Part shown: positions 19,417 through 29,468 of the stretch, one piece after another | Layout of the letters: every line of letters begins with the position of its first letter | Numbering within the stretch: position 1 is the first letter of the stretch | Assembly (NCBI GenBank): GCA_965140585.1 | Contig: OZ223269.1 | Span: 96,001 to 160,000, forward strand | Direction of reading: 5' to 3' | Length of the DNA: 64,000 nt | Source of the DNA: Spirochaetia bacterium | Lineage (GTDB): Bacteria > Spirochaetota > Spirochaetia > UBA9216 | Position numbers and translations under genes: made by a program | The notes under the pieces: model-generated | Told to the model about the DNA's origin: nothing | Database searches by the model: none | The model's input: only the letters and a program-made list of their open reading frames with translations

Positions 19417-19815
19417 ATGACTGAACAAATAAATTATTCGCTTTCAAAATTTAATCGTTTTATTCCGATTCCGTATCTGCTTTTCTGTCTATATTTTGTC
19501 TTCCGTTTTTTTAATTCATTTGAAGTTTTAGATATCATTATTGCAGTTATATTTCTTCTGCTCACAATAATGTTCTACATCAGGACGAAGCTGATGCAGA
19601 ATAATCCATTTCTAATTCTGGAACCCGGGATTTTAAAAATCTTTTCACTGTTGAGCCGAGAGTACAGTATACTGGAGACAGCTGATATTAAGGCGTTTAC
19701 AACTCCTGATGAGAGTATAAGAATTGACTGCAAGGGTAAAAGATACAGGGTTCGGGAGATTCAGATTGGTCCGGAAGGTTATGAGAAACTTGAAAAGCAT
19801 ATAATTAATAACTGA
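19417..19815 (+). CDS. Hypothetical membrane protein (2 TM)
   Basis: AT-rich ORF with two hydrophobic helices followed by a soluble domain. Confidence 0.55.
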   Translation: MTEQINYSLSKFNRFIPIPYLLFCLYFVFRFFNSFEVLDIIIAVIFLLLTIMFYIRTKLMQNNPFLILEPGILKIFSLLSREYSILETADIKAFTTPDESIRIDCKGKRYRVREIQIGPEGYEKLEKHIINN

Positions 19816-19849
19816 TATTTGCAGCCTGAGTAAAAAAGAGGAGAAAAAT

Positions 19850-20440
19850 ATGAGGAAGGTTGGTATCTAGTACGCATTCTGGGCTGATGCCTGGGAAGCC
19901 GATTTTCTGCCCTATATAGCCAGAGTTAAAAAGCTGGGGTTTGATCAACTTGAGATTCAGGCTGCTGCGGTTTCCTCAATGGATGGAAAAATGATCAGCG
20001 GTACCGTTCACAGTTACTGGCCGGCCGTATTTCCTGAAGGCCTGGATGATAAGCGGCCTGTCCTCGAGCAAAGCCTGAAAAGTATGCGTGAGCTTGTTAA
20101 ACCGGCGGAGGATCACGGTATCATCCTTAATGTCGAAGTAATCAACAGGTTTGAGCAGTTTGTGCTGAACACTAGCGCTGAAGCTGTTTCTTACGTTGAA
20201 GAGATAAATAGTCCCAGCTGCAGGATCCTCCTTGATACCTTTTACATGAATATAGAGGAAGATTCCCTTGAGGATGCAATTAAACTTGCCGGACCTCTTG
20301 TGATGGAACCATTTGTAAGGCCGGGCGGAAAAGTCGGCCGTGATATTGCCGTATGGCGTGATCTGATGCCTGGAGCCGATCTTGATAGCGAGGCGGCAAA
20401 AGCAGTAGAATTTGTTAAAAAACAGCTGGTAAACGGCTAA
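19850..20440 (+). pseudogene. D-psicose/D-tagatose 3-epimerase-family pseudogene
   Basis: ATG 19850 after GAGGAG reads MRKVGI*YAFW... with TAG at 19868-19870, in frame with the 19979 ORF (EVINRFE, LDTFYMNIEE, MEPF). Much shorter than typical ~290 aa family members, implying internal deletions. Confidence 0.8.
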
Positions 20441-20466
20441 TATATTTATAACTTTATTCTTAGGAG

Positions 20467-20883
20467 ATGTTTATGGGTATTGCAGAAAACCTTACCGGGT
20501 TTCAGCATCTTGGATTGCCGGTGTCTGATATTGAGAAATCAATTGAATTTTATTCGAGCATCGGTTTTAAGATTCTCAGCAGATTTGAGCTTCAGGAAGA
20601 CGGAGGAACGACATATGTGGCTTTTATTGATATCAGCGGGTTCTGTATTGAACTTTATCAGCCTGCTGCCGGGGTTGACAGTGGCAGGGGAATAACCGGT
20701 CCGATAGATCATCTGGCTCTTAATGTAAAGGATATTAACGCTGCCTTTTCTGATGTCAAGGCTATGGGTTATATCCCGTTGAGCGATGCTCCAATCACCC
20801 TTCCGCTTCAGGCTGATGGAGTAAGCTACTTTGTAATCGCAGGACCTGATGGTGAAAAAGTAGAGTTTAACCAGATTCTATAA
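20467..20883 (+). CDS. VOC/lactoylglutathione lyase-like protein
   Basis: QHLGL, IELY, DHLAL and GPDGEKVEF metal-ligand motifs. Confidence 0.85.
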   Translation: MFMGIAENLTGFQHLGLPVSDIEKSIEFYSSIGFKILSRFELQEDGGTTYVAFIDISGFCIELYQPAAGVDSGRGITGPIDHLALNVKDINAAFSDVKAMGYIPLSDAPITLPLQADGVSYFVIAGPDGEKVEFNQIL

Positions 20884-20893
20884 AACAGTTATA

Positions 20894-20930
20894 TAAAAAA
20901 ACACCGTTTAAAACTATGTTCCAAACGGTG
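20894..20930 (-). terminator. Intrinsic terminator for the hflKC transcript
   Basis: Minus strand: CACCGTTT-GGAAC-ATA-GTTTT-AAACGGTG followed by T7. Confidence 0.7.
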
Positions 20931-20933
20931 CCA

Positions 20934-20959
20934 GAACCCGGTTTGTGGCCGGGTTTTTT
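20934..20959 (+). terminator. Intrinsic terminator for the VOC gene
   Basis: AACCCGG-loop-CCGGGTT followed by a T-tract. Confidence 0.7.
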
Positions 20960-21116
20960 ATATATAATATCCGGAGGGGTACTCCGGACAACGGCAACTA
21001 AATTACCGTGAACATGTAACTAAAGTCACATAAAGGAAGCCGGAAATAATCGAATATTCATTTATGAAGATTCGATTATTTCAAAAGGTCGTTAAAAAAC
21101 GGCCGCCGGTCGTTTA

Positions 21117-22085
21117 TTAACGACCTTCCTGATCATAAAGATAATTAAAATATTCCATATCGGTTGTCAGTGTTTTGTTAAATTTCGGTAAAACCTGACG
21201 ATATGATTCAACAGATTTCCAGAACTTATAGAACTCCGGATCTACTTTGTATGCCTCATTGTAAATTGCCGCAGCCTGAGCATCAGCCTGACCCTTTATT
21301 TCTTCGGACAGGGCATATGCTTCCGACAGAAGGCTTCGTTTTTCATTGTCGAGTTTACCAAGCCATTCAGCCTTCTGGCCTTCACCGTCAGAGCGGTATC
21401 TCTGAGCTACCTGATTTCTTTCCTTAATCATTCGGTTGTAAACACTTGTAGTAAGGTCATCAGAGTAGCGGATCTGCCTGATTATAATGTCTTTAAGCTC
21501 AATACCGTACTGGGGAACAATTCCCTTGGCTGCAGAGTACATTGCATCAGAAAGCTCTTCACGGCCTTTTTCGATTTCAGAAAATTTATCCTCATCATAT
21601 TCAGCTGTGATATCAGTATCTTCGGTGTCTGTTTCTGTATCGGCAAATACTCTTTCATTTATGCTGTTTGTATTTCTAACTGCTTCACGAAGGAAGTTTT
21701 CGGCAATAACTGTTCTTACAGAGGAGTCGATAACATCATCCATACGGGCGTAAGCCTGCTCAAGTGTTGTTACTGATTCATAGAACTTGGCCGGATCAAC
21801 AATATTCCATCTTGCTGTAGCATCTACCCAGATAAACTGGTTTTCTGCGGTTGGAATTCTCTGTGCATCGCCGTCCCATGAAAGAAGTTTCTTCGGATAT
21901 TTTGTTACAGTATCAACAAAGGGCATTTTGAACTTGAGTCCAGCCTCTGTGTCTGAACTGATGATTCGCCCGAATCTTGTGACCACAGACTGCTGTCCCT
22001 CATAAAGAACATAAAATGGTCCTGCTGCAAACACAATGATCAGAATTACTGCAATAATTATAAGGTTACGAATAAGTTTATTCAT
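21117..22085 (-). CDS. hflC: FtsH modulator HflC
   Basis: N-terminal TM, SPFH domain, RMIKER...RSDGEG, DPEFYKFWKS. Directly downstream of hflK. Confidence 0.95.
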   Translation of the reverse strand: MNKLIRNLIIIAVILIIVFAAGPFYVLYEGQQSVVTRFGRIISSDTEAGLKFKMPFVDTVTKYPKKLLSWDGDAQRIPTAENQFIWVDATARWNIVDPAKFYESVTTLEQAYARMDDVIDSSVRTVIAENFLREAVRNTNSINERVFADTETDTEDTDITAEYDEDKFSEIEKGREELSDAMYSAAKGIVPQYGIELKDIIIRQIRYSDDLTTSVYNRMIKERNQVAQRYRSDGEGQKAEWLGKLDNEKRSLLSEAYALSEEIKGQADAQAAAIYNEAYKVDPEFYKFWKSVESYRQVLPKFNKTLTTDMEYFNYLYDQEGR

Positions 22086-23059
22086 TATTGTGCACCTCCG
22101 TTAAGAGATTTGAGCGGGAGAAAGTTTTCAAGATTCTTGTCAACAATATCCGTTCCGGTATCTGCACCGAATACATCTTCAATCATTTCTATATAAAGTC
22201 TTGAACGCGTAACTTCCTTGTTTTTCCGGTATTCCTCAAGAACCGAGTTAAATCTGGCAACGTCACCGCGGGCTTCATTAACCCTTTCTTTGGCGTAACC
22301 TTCAGCCACCTGAATCATCTGGGCAGCTTCACCCTTGGTTTTGGGGATTTCCTTGTTGTAAGCTTCTTTACCTTCGTTAATGAGCTTTTCCATATCCTGG
22401 ATGGCCATGTTAACATCTTCAAAAGCATCCTGAACTTCACCTACCGGCGGTACAATATTCTTAAGCTGTACAGTTGTTACCGATATTCCAAGTTTGTAAG
22501 TGTCGAATATCTCATTCATTCTTTCCTGAGCCTGAAGTGAAATTGCAGTACGTTCAGAACCCATTACGTCAAGTATGGCTCTGTCTCCCACAAGCATGTT
22601 GATGACAGACTGTGAAATATCACGGATGGTTTTCTCACGGTTCTCAACCTGAAAAAGCCATTCCCGCGGATCCACAATCCTGTACTGGATTACCCATTCC
22701 ACATCAACAATATTAAGATCTCCAGTAAGCATTACCGATTCTTCCGGGTAGTCACCCTTTGCATAAACAGTTTCAATGCCGGCTCTCTCGGTCCGGAAGC
22801 CAAACGACATGTTCTGTATAACCTGTGTCTGTATATTGAAGTTCTGTTCTATTCCAAACGGGGCTTTGAAATGCAATCCCGGACCTGTTATCCGGTTGAA
22901 TTTTCCAAAAAGCAGAATGACAGACTGCTCTGTCTGGTCCACCATATAAAAGCTGGTCAGTAAACCTGCAAGGACTATTACGGCAACAATTATTACCGCA
23001 ACAATCTTCGGCCTGAACGAAAAATTTTTCGCACCAGGGCTGACGTTCTTTTCAGACAT
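22085..23059 (-). CDS. hflK: FtsH modulator HflK
   Basis: SPFH domain, MLTGDLNIV, VQDAFEDV, ARGDVARF, VTRSRLYIE. Confidence 0.95.
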   Translation of the reverse strand: MSEKNVSPGAKNFSFRPKIVAVIIVAVIVLAGLLTSFYMVDQTEQSVILLFGKFNRITGPGLHFKAPFGIEQNFNIQTQVIQNMSFGFRTERAGIETVYAKGDYPEESVMLTGDLNIVDVEWVIQYRIVDPREWLFQVENREKTIRDISQSVINMLVGDRAILDVMGSERTAISLQAQERMNEIFDTYKLGISVTTVQLKNIVPPVGEVQDAFEDVNMAIQDMEKLINEGKEAYNKEIPKTKGEAAQMIQVAEGYAKERVNEARGDVARFNSVLEEYRKNKEVTRSRLYIEMIEDVFGADTGTDIVDKNLENFLPLKSLNGGAQ

Positions 23060-23266
23060 GATTCCTCCTGAATTTTTCCATTACTTAGAGGTTACTTATG
23101 ATTAGAGACCTAGTCAAGGAAATAAACTCCGCGACAGAAGTCTAAACATGCAACCATACTGAATATTACAGACTGGAGAGGTAAATATTCAGGCAAGAAT
23201 TTCAAAATATCTGAATCCGGTTGAAATTTGATAAAGAAATCCGGGAACTAGTTCTTCACTGATTCG

Positions 23267-23295
23267 TTGACCAATCTACTATATAAGGCTAAAAT
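23267..23295 (+). promoter_or_regulatory. Sigma70 promoter of metG (leaderless arrangement)
   Basis: TTGACC-17 bp-TAAAAT ending 6 nt before ATG 23302, with no SD. Confidence 0.65.
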
Positions 23296-23301
23296 GCGTC
23301 C

Positions 23302-25521
23302 ATGAAGAAGAGACTAATTACCTCAGCATTACCCTACGTAAATAATATCCCTCATCTGGGAAATCTTATACAGGTGCTATCCGCCGACGTTTTTGCACGT
23401 TTCTGCCGTCTGCGCGGCTATGAAACCATGTATGTCTGCGGAACCGACGAATATGGTACAGCAACCGAAACCAAGGCACTTGAAGAAGGTGTTTCACCAA
23501 AGGAACTCTGCGATCGCTATCATGCTATTCATACTGAAATTTATGAATGGTTCAACATAGACTTCAACAAGTGGGGCAGGACATCCACTCCGGAGCAGAC
23601 CGAGATTGTTCAGCACATATTTCTGAAGCTTGATGAGGCCGGATATATTCTCGAAAAGACCGATACACAGCTTTTCTGCGACAGCTGCGACCGCTACCTT
23701 GCCGACCGCTATGTACGCGGCACCTGCCCGCACTGCGGTTATGAGGATGCCCGTGGCGACCAGTGTGAAAACTGCGGTAAGCTGCTTGACCCGGCCGAAC
23801 TTATAGAACCCCGCTGCGGAACCTGCGGAGCACATCCGCATGAGCAGGATACTAACCATCTCTACATAGATCTTCCAAAGATTCTGCCCCTGCTCGAATC
23901 ATGGATGGAGGAAACTTCAGTAAAAGGCCGGTGGGCGCATAATGCCGTCCAGATGACCAAAAGCTGGATCCGCGACGGACTGCATGAGCGCTGCATTACC
24001 CGTGACCTTAAGTGGGGAATTCCAGTTCCCAAGGCAGGCTACGAAGACAAGGTTTTCTATGTATGGTTTGACGCGCCGATTGGCTACGTTTCAATCACAG
24101 CAACCCTTACAGACGACTGGAAAAGCTGGTGGATGAATCCCGAAGAAGTAGAGCTTTTTCAGTTCATCGGAAAAGACAATATTCCCTTTCATACAGTAAT
24201 TTTTCCATCCTCACTTCTGGGATCAGGTGAAAAATGGACAATGCTTCATCACATGTCATCTTCCGAGTACCTTAATTACGAAAATGGAAAGTTTTCAAAG
24301 AGCAAGGGTACAGGTGTATTCGGTACCGATGCAAAGGAAACAGGAATTGCAGCCGATGTATGGCGTTTTTATGTTTACTACAACCGTCCCGAGAAATCGG
24401 ACGTTCAGTTTACATGGAAGGACTTTCAGGAGAAGGTTAATTCCGAGCTTATCGGAAACCTCGGTAACCTAATCAACAGGACCCTGACCTTCCTCAATAA
24501 ATCATTTGACGGTGTTGTTCCGGCAGCTTCTGCCGATAGCGTATTTACAGCTGAGGCAAAGAAGCGGATCGCTGAAATAACCGAGCTGCTTGAATGGGCG
24601 GAACTCAGAGATGCATTTAGAAAGATTTTTGAACTTGCAGATATGGGTAACAAAGCTTTTCAGGCAGGCGAACCCTGGAAGGTTATCAAGGAAGACGAGG
24701 CCGCAGCTGCCGCACTTCTTGCTGAGCTTACTTACCTTGTGCGCGACCTGGCCATCCTTGTTGCACCCTACATTCCATCAACCTCTGAAAGTATCGCCGG
24801 ATTCCTTGGAAATCCGGATATGAGCTGGGACAGCCTTGGACGGCGTGATGATCTTAAACAGATCAGCAAGCCGAAGCTGCTGTTTAGAAAGCTTGAAGAT
24901 GATGAAATTGAAGCCTTCAGAACCCGGTTTGCCGGAAGCCAGAAGGAAAGAGCTGAACAGGAAGAGAAGGGAAAGGCGGTTGCAAAAGAGAGTGCTAAAC
25001 CTGCAGCTGATCTTCCTGCTGACCAGAGGTTTAGAGCCTCAGTAGATCTTAGAGTCGCAAAGATTACGGCAATCGACAGGCACCCTGAAGCAGATAAACT
25101 GTATATTGAAACAATTGATACCGGTGAAACCGAACCGAGACAGATAGTGTCAGGACTTGTTCCTCATTATAAGGAAGAAGAACTGCTTAATCGCAATATT
25201 ATCCTCGTATCGAATCTGAAGCCTGCAAAGCTGCGGGGGGTTAAGAGTGAGGGGATGCTTCTTGCCGCATCTGCAGCCGACGCTGACGGAAAAGAAACGG
25301 TAGAAGTTATATTTGCCGATGATGCTGAACCCGGAACCAGAATTGTCCTTGAAGGAGATGACGCCGGCAGTCTTCCTGAATGCGCCAGACTCAAGGTTGA
25401 TCAGTTCTTTGATATTCCGATCAGGACTGAGAATGGTGAGATTATGGTCGGTGATAAGAAACTGTCGACCGGAAGCAGGATTCTAACCACAGATGCAGTG
25501 AAAAACGGCGAGGTAGGCTGA
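23302..25521 (+). CDS. metG: Methionine--tRNA ligase with C-terminal tRNA-binding domain
   Basis: HLGN (HIGH) and KFSKS (KMSKS) motifs, zinc knuckle, OB-fold tail. Confidence 0.97.
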   Translation: MKKRLITSALPYVNNIPHLGNLIQVLSADVFARFCRLRGYETMYVCGTDEYGTATETKALEEGVSPKELCDRYHAIHTEIYEWFNIDFNKWGRTSTPEQTEIVQHIFLKLDEAGYILEKTDTQLFCDSCDRYLADRYVRGTCPHCGYEDARGDQCENCGKLLDPAELIEPRCGTCGAHPHEQDTNHLYIDLPKILPLLESWMEETSVKGRWAHNAVQMTKSWIRDGLHERCITRDLKWGIPVPKAGYEDKVFYVWFDAPIGYVSITATLTDDWKSWWMNPEEVELFQFIGKDNIPFHTVIFPSSLLGSGEKWTMLHHMSSSEYLNYENGKFSKSKGTGVFGTDAKETGIAADVWRFYVYYNRPEKSDVQFTWKDFQEKVNSELIGNLGNLINRTLTFLNKSFDGVVPAASADSVFTAEAKKRIAEITELLEWAELRDAFRKIFELADMGNKAFQAGEPWKVIKEDEAAAAALLAELTYLVRDLAILVAPYIPSTSESIAGFLGNPDMSWDSLGRRDDLKQISKPKLLFRKLEDDEIEAFRTRFAGSQKERAEQEEKGKAVAKESAKPAADLPADQRFRASVDLRVAKITAIDRHPEADKLYIETIDTGETEPRQIVSGLVPHYKEEELLNRNIILVSNLKPAKLRGVKSEGMLLAASAADADGKETVEVIFADDAEPGTRIVLEGDDAGSLPECARLKVDQFFDIPIRTENGEIMVGDKKLSTGSRILTTDAVKNGEVG

Positions 25522-25530
25522 TTTTATCAG

Positions 25531-26616
25531 ATGCCTGATATTAAACTGGAAAAAGTAAATTCAGATGATATAAACCGGCACGGAAATCTTCTGCAGACTG
25601 GTTTCTGGGGAGAGCTTAAATCCAGATTCGGATGGTCTTCCCTGTATTTTATAGCTGACGGCCGTCCGCTCCTGGTTCTCTGCAGAACCCTGGGTGCTGG
25701 CAGAAGTCTTGCTTATGTACCCGGCGGTCCGGATTTTCAGGTTTCGGCCGGTGCATCCCTTGATGAGTACTGGAATTACACAGCGGAGCTGGCGCGGACA
25801 CTGAAACCGTTGCTTCCTGCCGGCTGTATCTTTCTACGCTTTGATCCGCCGTGGGGGATAAGGCTTCCTTCTCTTGGTGATGGGGCAGGTGAATACCCGG
25901 GTGAGCAGCTTAAAGCTTCAGGAGTTTTCACTCATGCAAGTATGGATATTCAGCCTGTAAGTACTGTTATCCTGGATCTTAATGACGGTGCAGAGGCTGT
26001 GATGAAGGGGATGAAATCAAAAACCCGGTATAACATCAGGCTGGCTGCAAAGAAGGGCGTTGAAATCCGTACTTCCGGTATCGAAGCTCTTCCAAAATGG
26101 TATGAGATCTACAAGGTTACATCCGAGCGTGATAAGATCGCGCTGCACAACTACGAATACTACGAAACATTTTTTAATATGTCCGCAGAAGGCGCTGCTT
26201 CAGGACAGGCCCCGGAACTTCGGCTGCTTGAGGCAGTGATTGACGGCAGGGTCGAAGCCGGCATTGTTATCAGTTTTCAGGGTCCGCCTGAAGACCGGCG
26301 TGCAGTTTATTTGTACGGAGCATCTTCGAATGAAAAGCGGAACTACATGCCGGCATACGCCCTTCAGTGGGAGGCAATACAGCAGGCTGTAGCGGCAGGA
26401 TGCAGAAGCTATGATCTTTTCGGAATTCCTCCTGTAAATGATCCGAATCATCCAATGTACGGTCTGTACCGGTTTAAGACCGGCTTCGGCGGTGAAATCC
26501 TTCACAGGCCGGGAAGCTGGGATTATCCTTTCAGCAGAAGCCTGTATACAGCCTACCGTACCGCGGAAAAACTTCGAAACTTTTATTACAGACGTCTTAA
26601 AAAAATAGGCAGATAA
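25531..26616 (+). CDS. FemAB/FemX-family peptidoglycan peptidyltransferase
   Basis: LLQTGFWGELK, KTRYNIRLA, YLYGASS and LYRFKTGFGG. Confidence 0.9.
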   Translation: MPDIKLEKVNSDDINRHGNLLQTGFWGELKSRFGWSSLYFIADGRPLLVLCRTLGAGRSLAYVPGGPDFQVSAGASLDEYWNYTAELARTLKPLLPAGCIFLRFDPPWGIRLPSLGDGAGEYPGEQLKASGVFTHASMDIQPVSTVILDLNDGAEAVMKGMKSKTRYNIRLAAKKGVEIRTSGIEALPKWYEIYKVTSERDKIALHNYEYYETFFNMSAEGAASGQAPELRLLEAVIDGRVEAGIVISFQGPPEDRRAVYLYGASSNEKRNYMPAYALQWEAIQQAVAAGCRSYDLFGIPPVNDPNHPMYGLYRFKTGFGGEILHRPGSWDYPFSRSLYTAYRTAEKLRNFYYRRLKKIGR

Positions 26617-26617
26617 A

Positions 26618-27841
26618 ATGAAACTCAAAAAGACTGCAGTTCTGTTTCCAGCGGCATTTCTGATGAACGTGAATCTTTCCCTGATTAATTTCTCACTGAT
26701 TTTTCTGCTCAAAGATTCGCTTGGACTCAATGCATCGGTGATCGGCTGGTATTTCGCGGTCGGTTCTGCAGGTTATACTGCCGGCTGCATGCTGTTAACC
26801 CGCGTTCAGGATAAAATCAATCCTGCGCTTTCAATGCTCGGTTCTGTATTTCTGATGCTCGGTTCAATAGCAATGTTGATCCGCGTAGAGTCAGCCGCTG
26901 CGGCTTTGGTCCTGTATCTGGCTTTCGCAACAGCTCCGGCTTTTTTCTGGCCGCAGCTGATGGGCTGGTTTTCTACCGGACTTGATAACAGGAACCTTGG
27001 AAAGGCGGTCGCAAGGTTCAATATAAGCTGGTCAACAGGAGCCTTAACCGGACCGCTTGTAGGCGGTTTTGCAGTTGAGCATCAGCTTTCACTTGCTTTT
27101 TATATGGACCTTGTATTTCTGGGCTTAATTGCAGCCTCGGTTATTGCCGGGCTTGCTTTTATAGAGGATATGAAAGCCCCGGGCAAAAAGCGTATAGCTG
27201 CCGCGCCGGCTCCTGAGACTCATGAACCGCAGGCGGTTGAGCAGACAGAACCGGAAATAGAAAGAATTAATGACGGCAGGGGGACCATTCTGCGTTATGC
27301 CGGCTGGATAGGCGTTTTCTGTTCATATGCTGTACTCGGCCTATTCAATAATATCTTTCCCCTTTTTATTCGCGACAGTCTGGGGTATGGAGAGAGTGTT
27401 GCCGGAAATCTCCTTTTTATCAGGGGAGCCGTCACTGCCGCAGGTTTTATTCTGCTGGGAAAAACAGATAAATGGCATTTCAACAGTAAATTAATCATGC
27501 TGACACAGGTAGCAGTAGCTGCCGTAATGATTCTTCTTTTCGTAAACAGATTTATGGCGGGTTTTTATATACTTTTGTCGGTATTCGGTTTTCTTTTCTC
27601 ACTTGCATATTCAAACAGCATATTTCACGGTTCAGCAGGAGCCGACAATCGCGGTAAAAGAATGGCTCTTCATGAGAGTTTTCTTACCCTCGGAGTAATT
27701 GCAGGCTCTGTCGGGGGAGGCTACCTTTACCAGTATCATTCTATATATACCGCATTTATAAGCTTCATGGCTCTTGCCATAGTCGGGTTTGCCGTACAGG
27801 CTGTTATAGCCAGATATGCTGCTGTAAAAAATATCGGTTAA
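26618..27841 (+). CDS. MFS transporter
   Basis: About 12 hydrophobic helices in two halves with a central hydrophilic loop. Confidence 0.8.
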   Translation: MKLKKTAVLFPAAFLMNVNLSLINFSLIFLLKDSLGLNASVIGWYFAVGSAGYTAGCMLLTRVQDKINPALSMLGSVFLMLGSIAMLIRVESAAAALVLYLAFATAPAFFWPQLMGWFSTGLDNRNLGKAVARFNISWSTGALTGPLVGGFAVEHQLSLAFYMDLVFLGLIAASVIAGLAFIEDMKAPGKKRIAAAPAPETHEPQAVEQTEPEIERINDGRGTILRYAGWIGVFCSYAVLGLFNNIFPLFIRDSLGYGESVAGNLLFIRGAVTAAGFILLGKTDKWHFNSKLIMLTQVAVAAVMILLFVNRFMAGFYILLSVFGFLFSLAYSNSIFHGSAGADNRGKRMALHESFLTLGVIAGSVGGGYLYQYHSIYTAFISFMALAIVGFAVQAVIARYAAVKNIG

Positions 27842-27920
27842 AGCCCGATTGTTCTGAACTTTTTGACTATTCCGATTATTTTTACTGCCTGAACGCTGAT
27901 TAATATGATAAAGTTCCTGC

Positions 27921-29432
27921 ATGGGTAAATATGTAATTGGACTGGACAACGGCGGCACAGTAATAAAGGCTGCGTTATTTGATCTTTCCGGCAGCCAGAT
28001 TGCGGTTGCATCAAGACAGACTCCTGTTATCACACCTAAACCCGGATACACTGAACGCGACATGGAAGCTCTCTGGCTGAAAAACTGTGAGTGTGTGAAG
28101 GAAGTAATAGAAAAATCATACGTGTCACCTGATTCCGTAAGCGGGATAGCTGTCTGCGGGCATGGAAAGGGACTGTATCTCTGGGGTAATGACGGAAAGC
28201 CGGCCTTCAACGGGATTGTCTCCACGGACAACCGTGCCTGGGAATATCCGCAAAAGTGGAAGGCTGACGGGACCTTTGACAAACTTTACCCCAAGCTCTG
28301 TCAGCAGCTTGTAGCCTGCCATCAGGTATCTCTTCTTGCCTGGCTGAAGGAGCATGAACCTGATATTTACAGCAACATAAAGTGGGTTTTCTCGGTGAAA
28401 GATTATATTAGATTTCGTCTCACAGGCGAAGCTTTTTCCGAGGCTACCGACATTTCCAGTTCAGGTCTGATGAACCTGCAGAGTGCCAGTTTTGATGCTG
28501 AAATGCTTGAGATGCTCGGTATTCCGGAGGTTTACAGCAGGCTTGCACCTCTAAAGTATTCATCTGATAACTGCGGAAGCATAACCGCGGAAGCTTCCAG
28601 GCTTACAGGACTTAAGGCAGGTACCCCGGTTGCCGGTGGAATGTTTGATATTGACGGCTGTGCTATTGCAATGGATATTACAAGACCCGAACAGCTCTGC
28701 ACAATTACAGGAACCTGGAGCGTAAATGAGTTCATAAATCCTGAACCCATAATCGGTACAAGTATAGCAATGAATTCACTGTTTGCCATTCCGGGCTATT
28801 ACCTTCTTGAAGAGTGCAGCCCCACAAGTGCGGGAAATCTTGAATGGATAATAGACAATATTCTGGATAAATCGGAAATACCCGAAGGTGTATCGAAATA
28901 CAGTTTTATCAATGAACTTGTTTCTTCAACCGAGGCTGCTGATACAGAGGTGTACTATCTACCGTTTCTGTACGGTTCTAATGCCCATCCTATGGCTAAG
29001 GGAAGTTTTATCGGGCTTACCACCTACCACAGCAGGGCACACATTTTACGAGCTGTTTTTGAGGGCGTTGCTTTTTCACATAAAATGCATATTGATAAAC
29101 TTCTTTCAGTCCGAGAGGCTCCCGAAGCTGTAAGGCTTGCAGGCGGTGCGGCTAATTCGCCCCTTTGGGTTCAGATATTTGCTGATGTTCTTGGACTTCC
29201 TGTTGAGACTGTCTCCGGTGTTTCAGAACTGGGTGCCATGGGTGCTGCAATGGCCGCAGCTGTTGCCGGAGGCGCTTTCAGTGATTACCGTCAGGCTGCA
29301 GCCGCTATGGTCAAGGTAAATGCGCCGGTACTTCCTGATGCTGAAAAAACTGAAATATACAGATTGAAATATGAAAAATACAGGGCTGTTGTTGAAGCCC
29401 TTGATACTGTCTGGGACAGGTTTCAGATATAG
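27921..29432 (+). CDS. FGGY carbohydrate kinase (L-xylulokinase-like)
   Basis: GLDNGGT, GHGKG and GGMFDI motifs typical of LyxK-like kinases. Confidence 0.9.
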   Translation: MGKYVIGLDNGGTVIKAALFDLSGSQIAVASRQTPVITPKPGYTERDMEALWLKNCECVKEVIEKSYVSPDSVSGIAVCGHGKGLYLWGNDGKPAFNGIVSTDNRAWEYPQKWKADGTFDKLYPKLCQQLVACHQVSLLAWLKEHEPDIYSNIKWVFSVKDYIRFRLTGEAFSEATDISSSGLMNLQSASFDAEMLEMLGIPEVYSRLAPLKYSSDNCGSITAEASRLTGLKAGTPVAGGMFDIDGCAIAMDITRPEQLCTITGTWSVNEFINPEPIIGTSIAMNSLFAIPGYYLLEECSPTSAGNLEWIIDNILDKSEIPEGVSKYSFINELVSSTEAADTEVYYLPFLYGSNAHPMAKGSFIGLTTYHSRAHILRAVFEGVAFSHKMHIDKLLSVREAPEAVRLAGGAANSPLWVQIFADVLGLPVETVSGVSELGAMGAAMAAAVAGGAFSDYRQAAAAMVKVNAPVLPDAEKTEIYRLKYEKYRAVVEALDTVWDRFQI

Positions 29433-29468
29433 ATTTAACTTACATGATAAATAGGAGTACTGCGTAAA

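Noticed and set aside
5693-20883. Prophage, ICE or integron as the carrier of the accessory block
   Set aside because: No integrase, transposase, tRNA target, flanking direct repeats or attC-like sites were seen.
23060-23301. T-box or SAM riboswitch upstream of metG
   Set aside because: No T-box consensus or leader terminator, and the promoter sits directly against the ATG.
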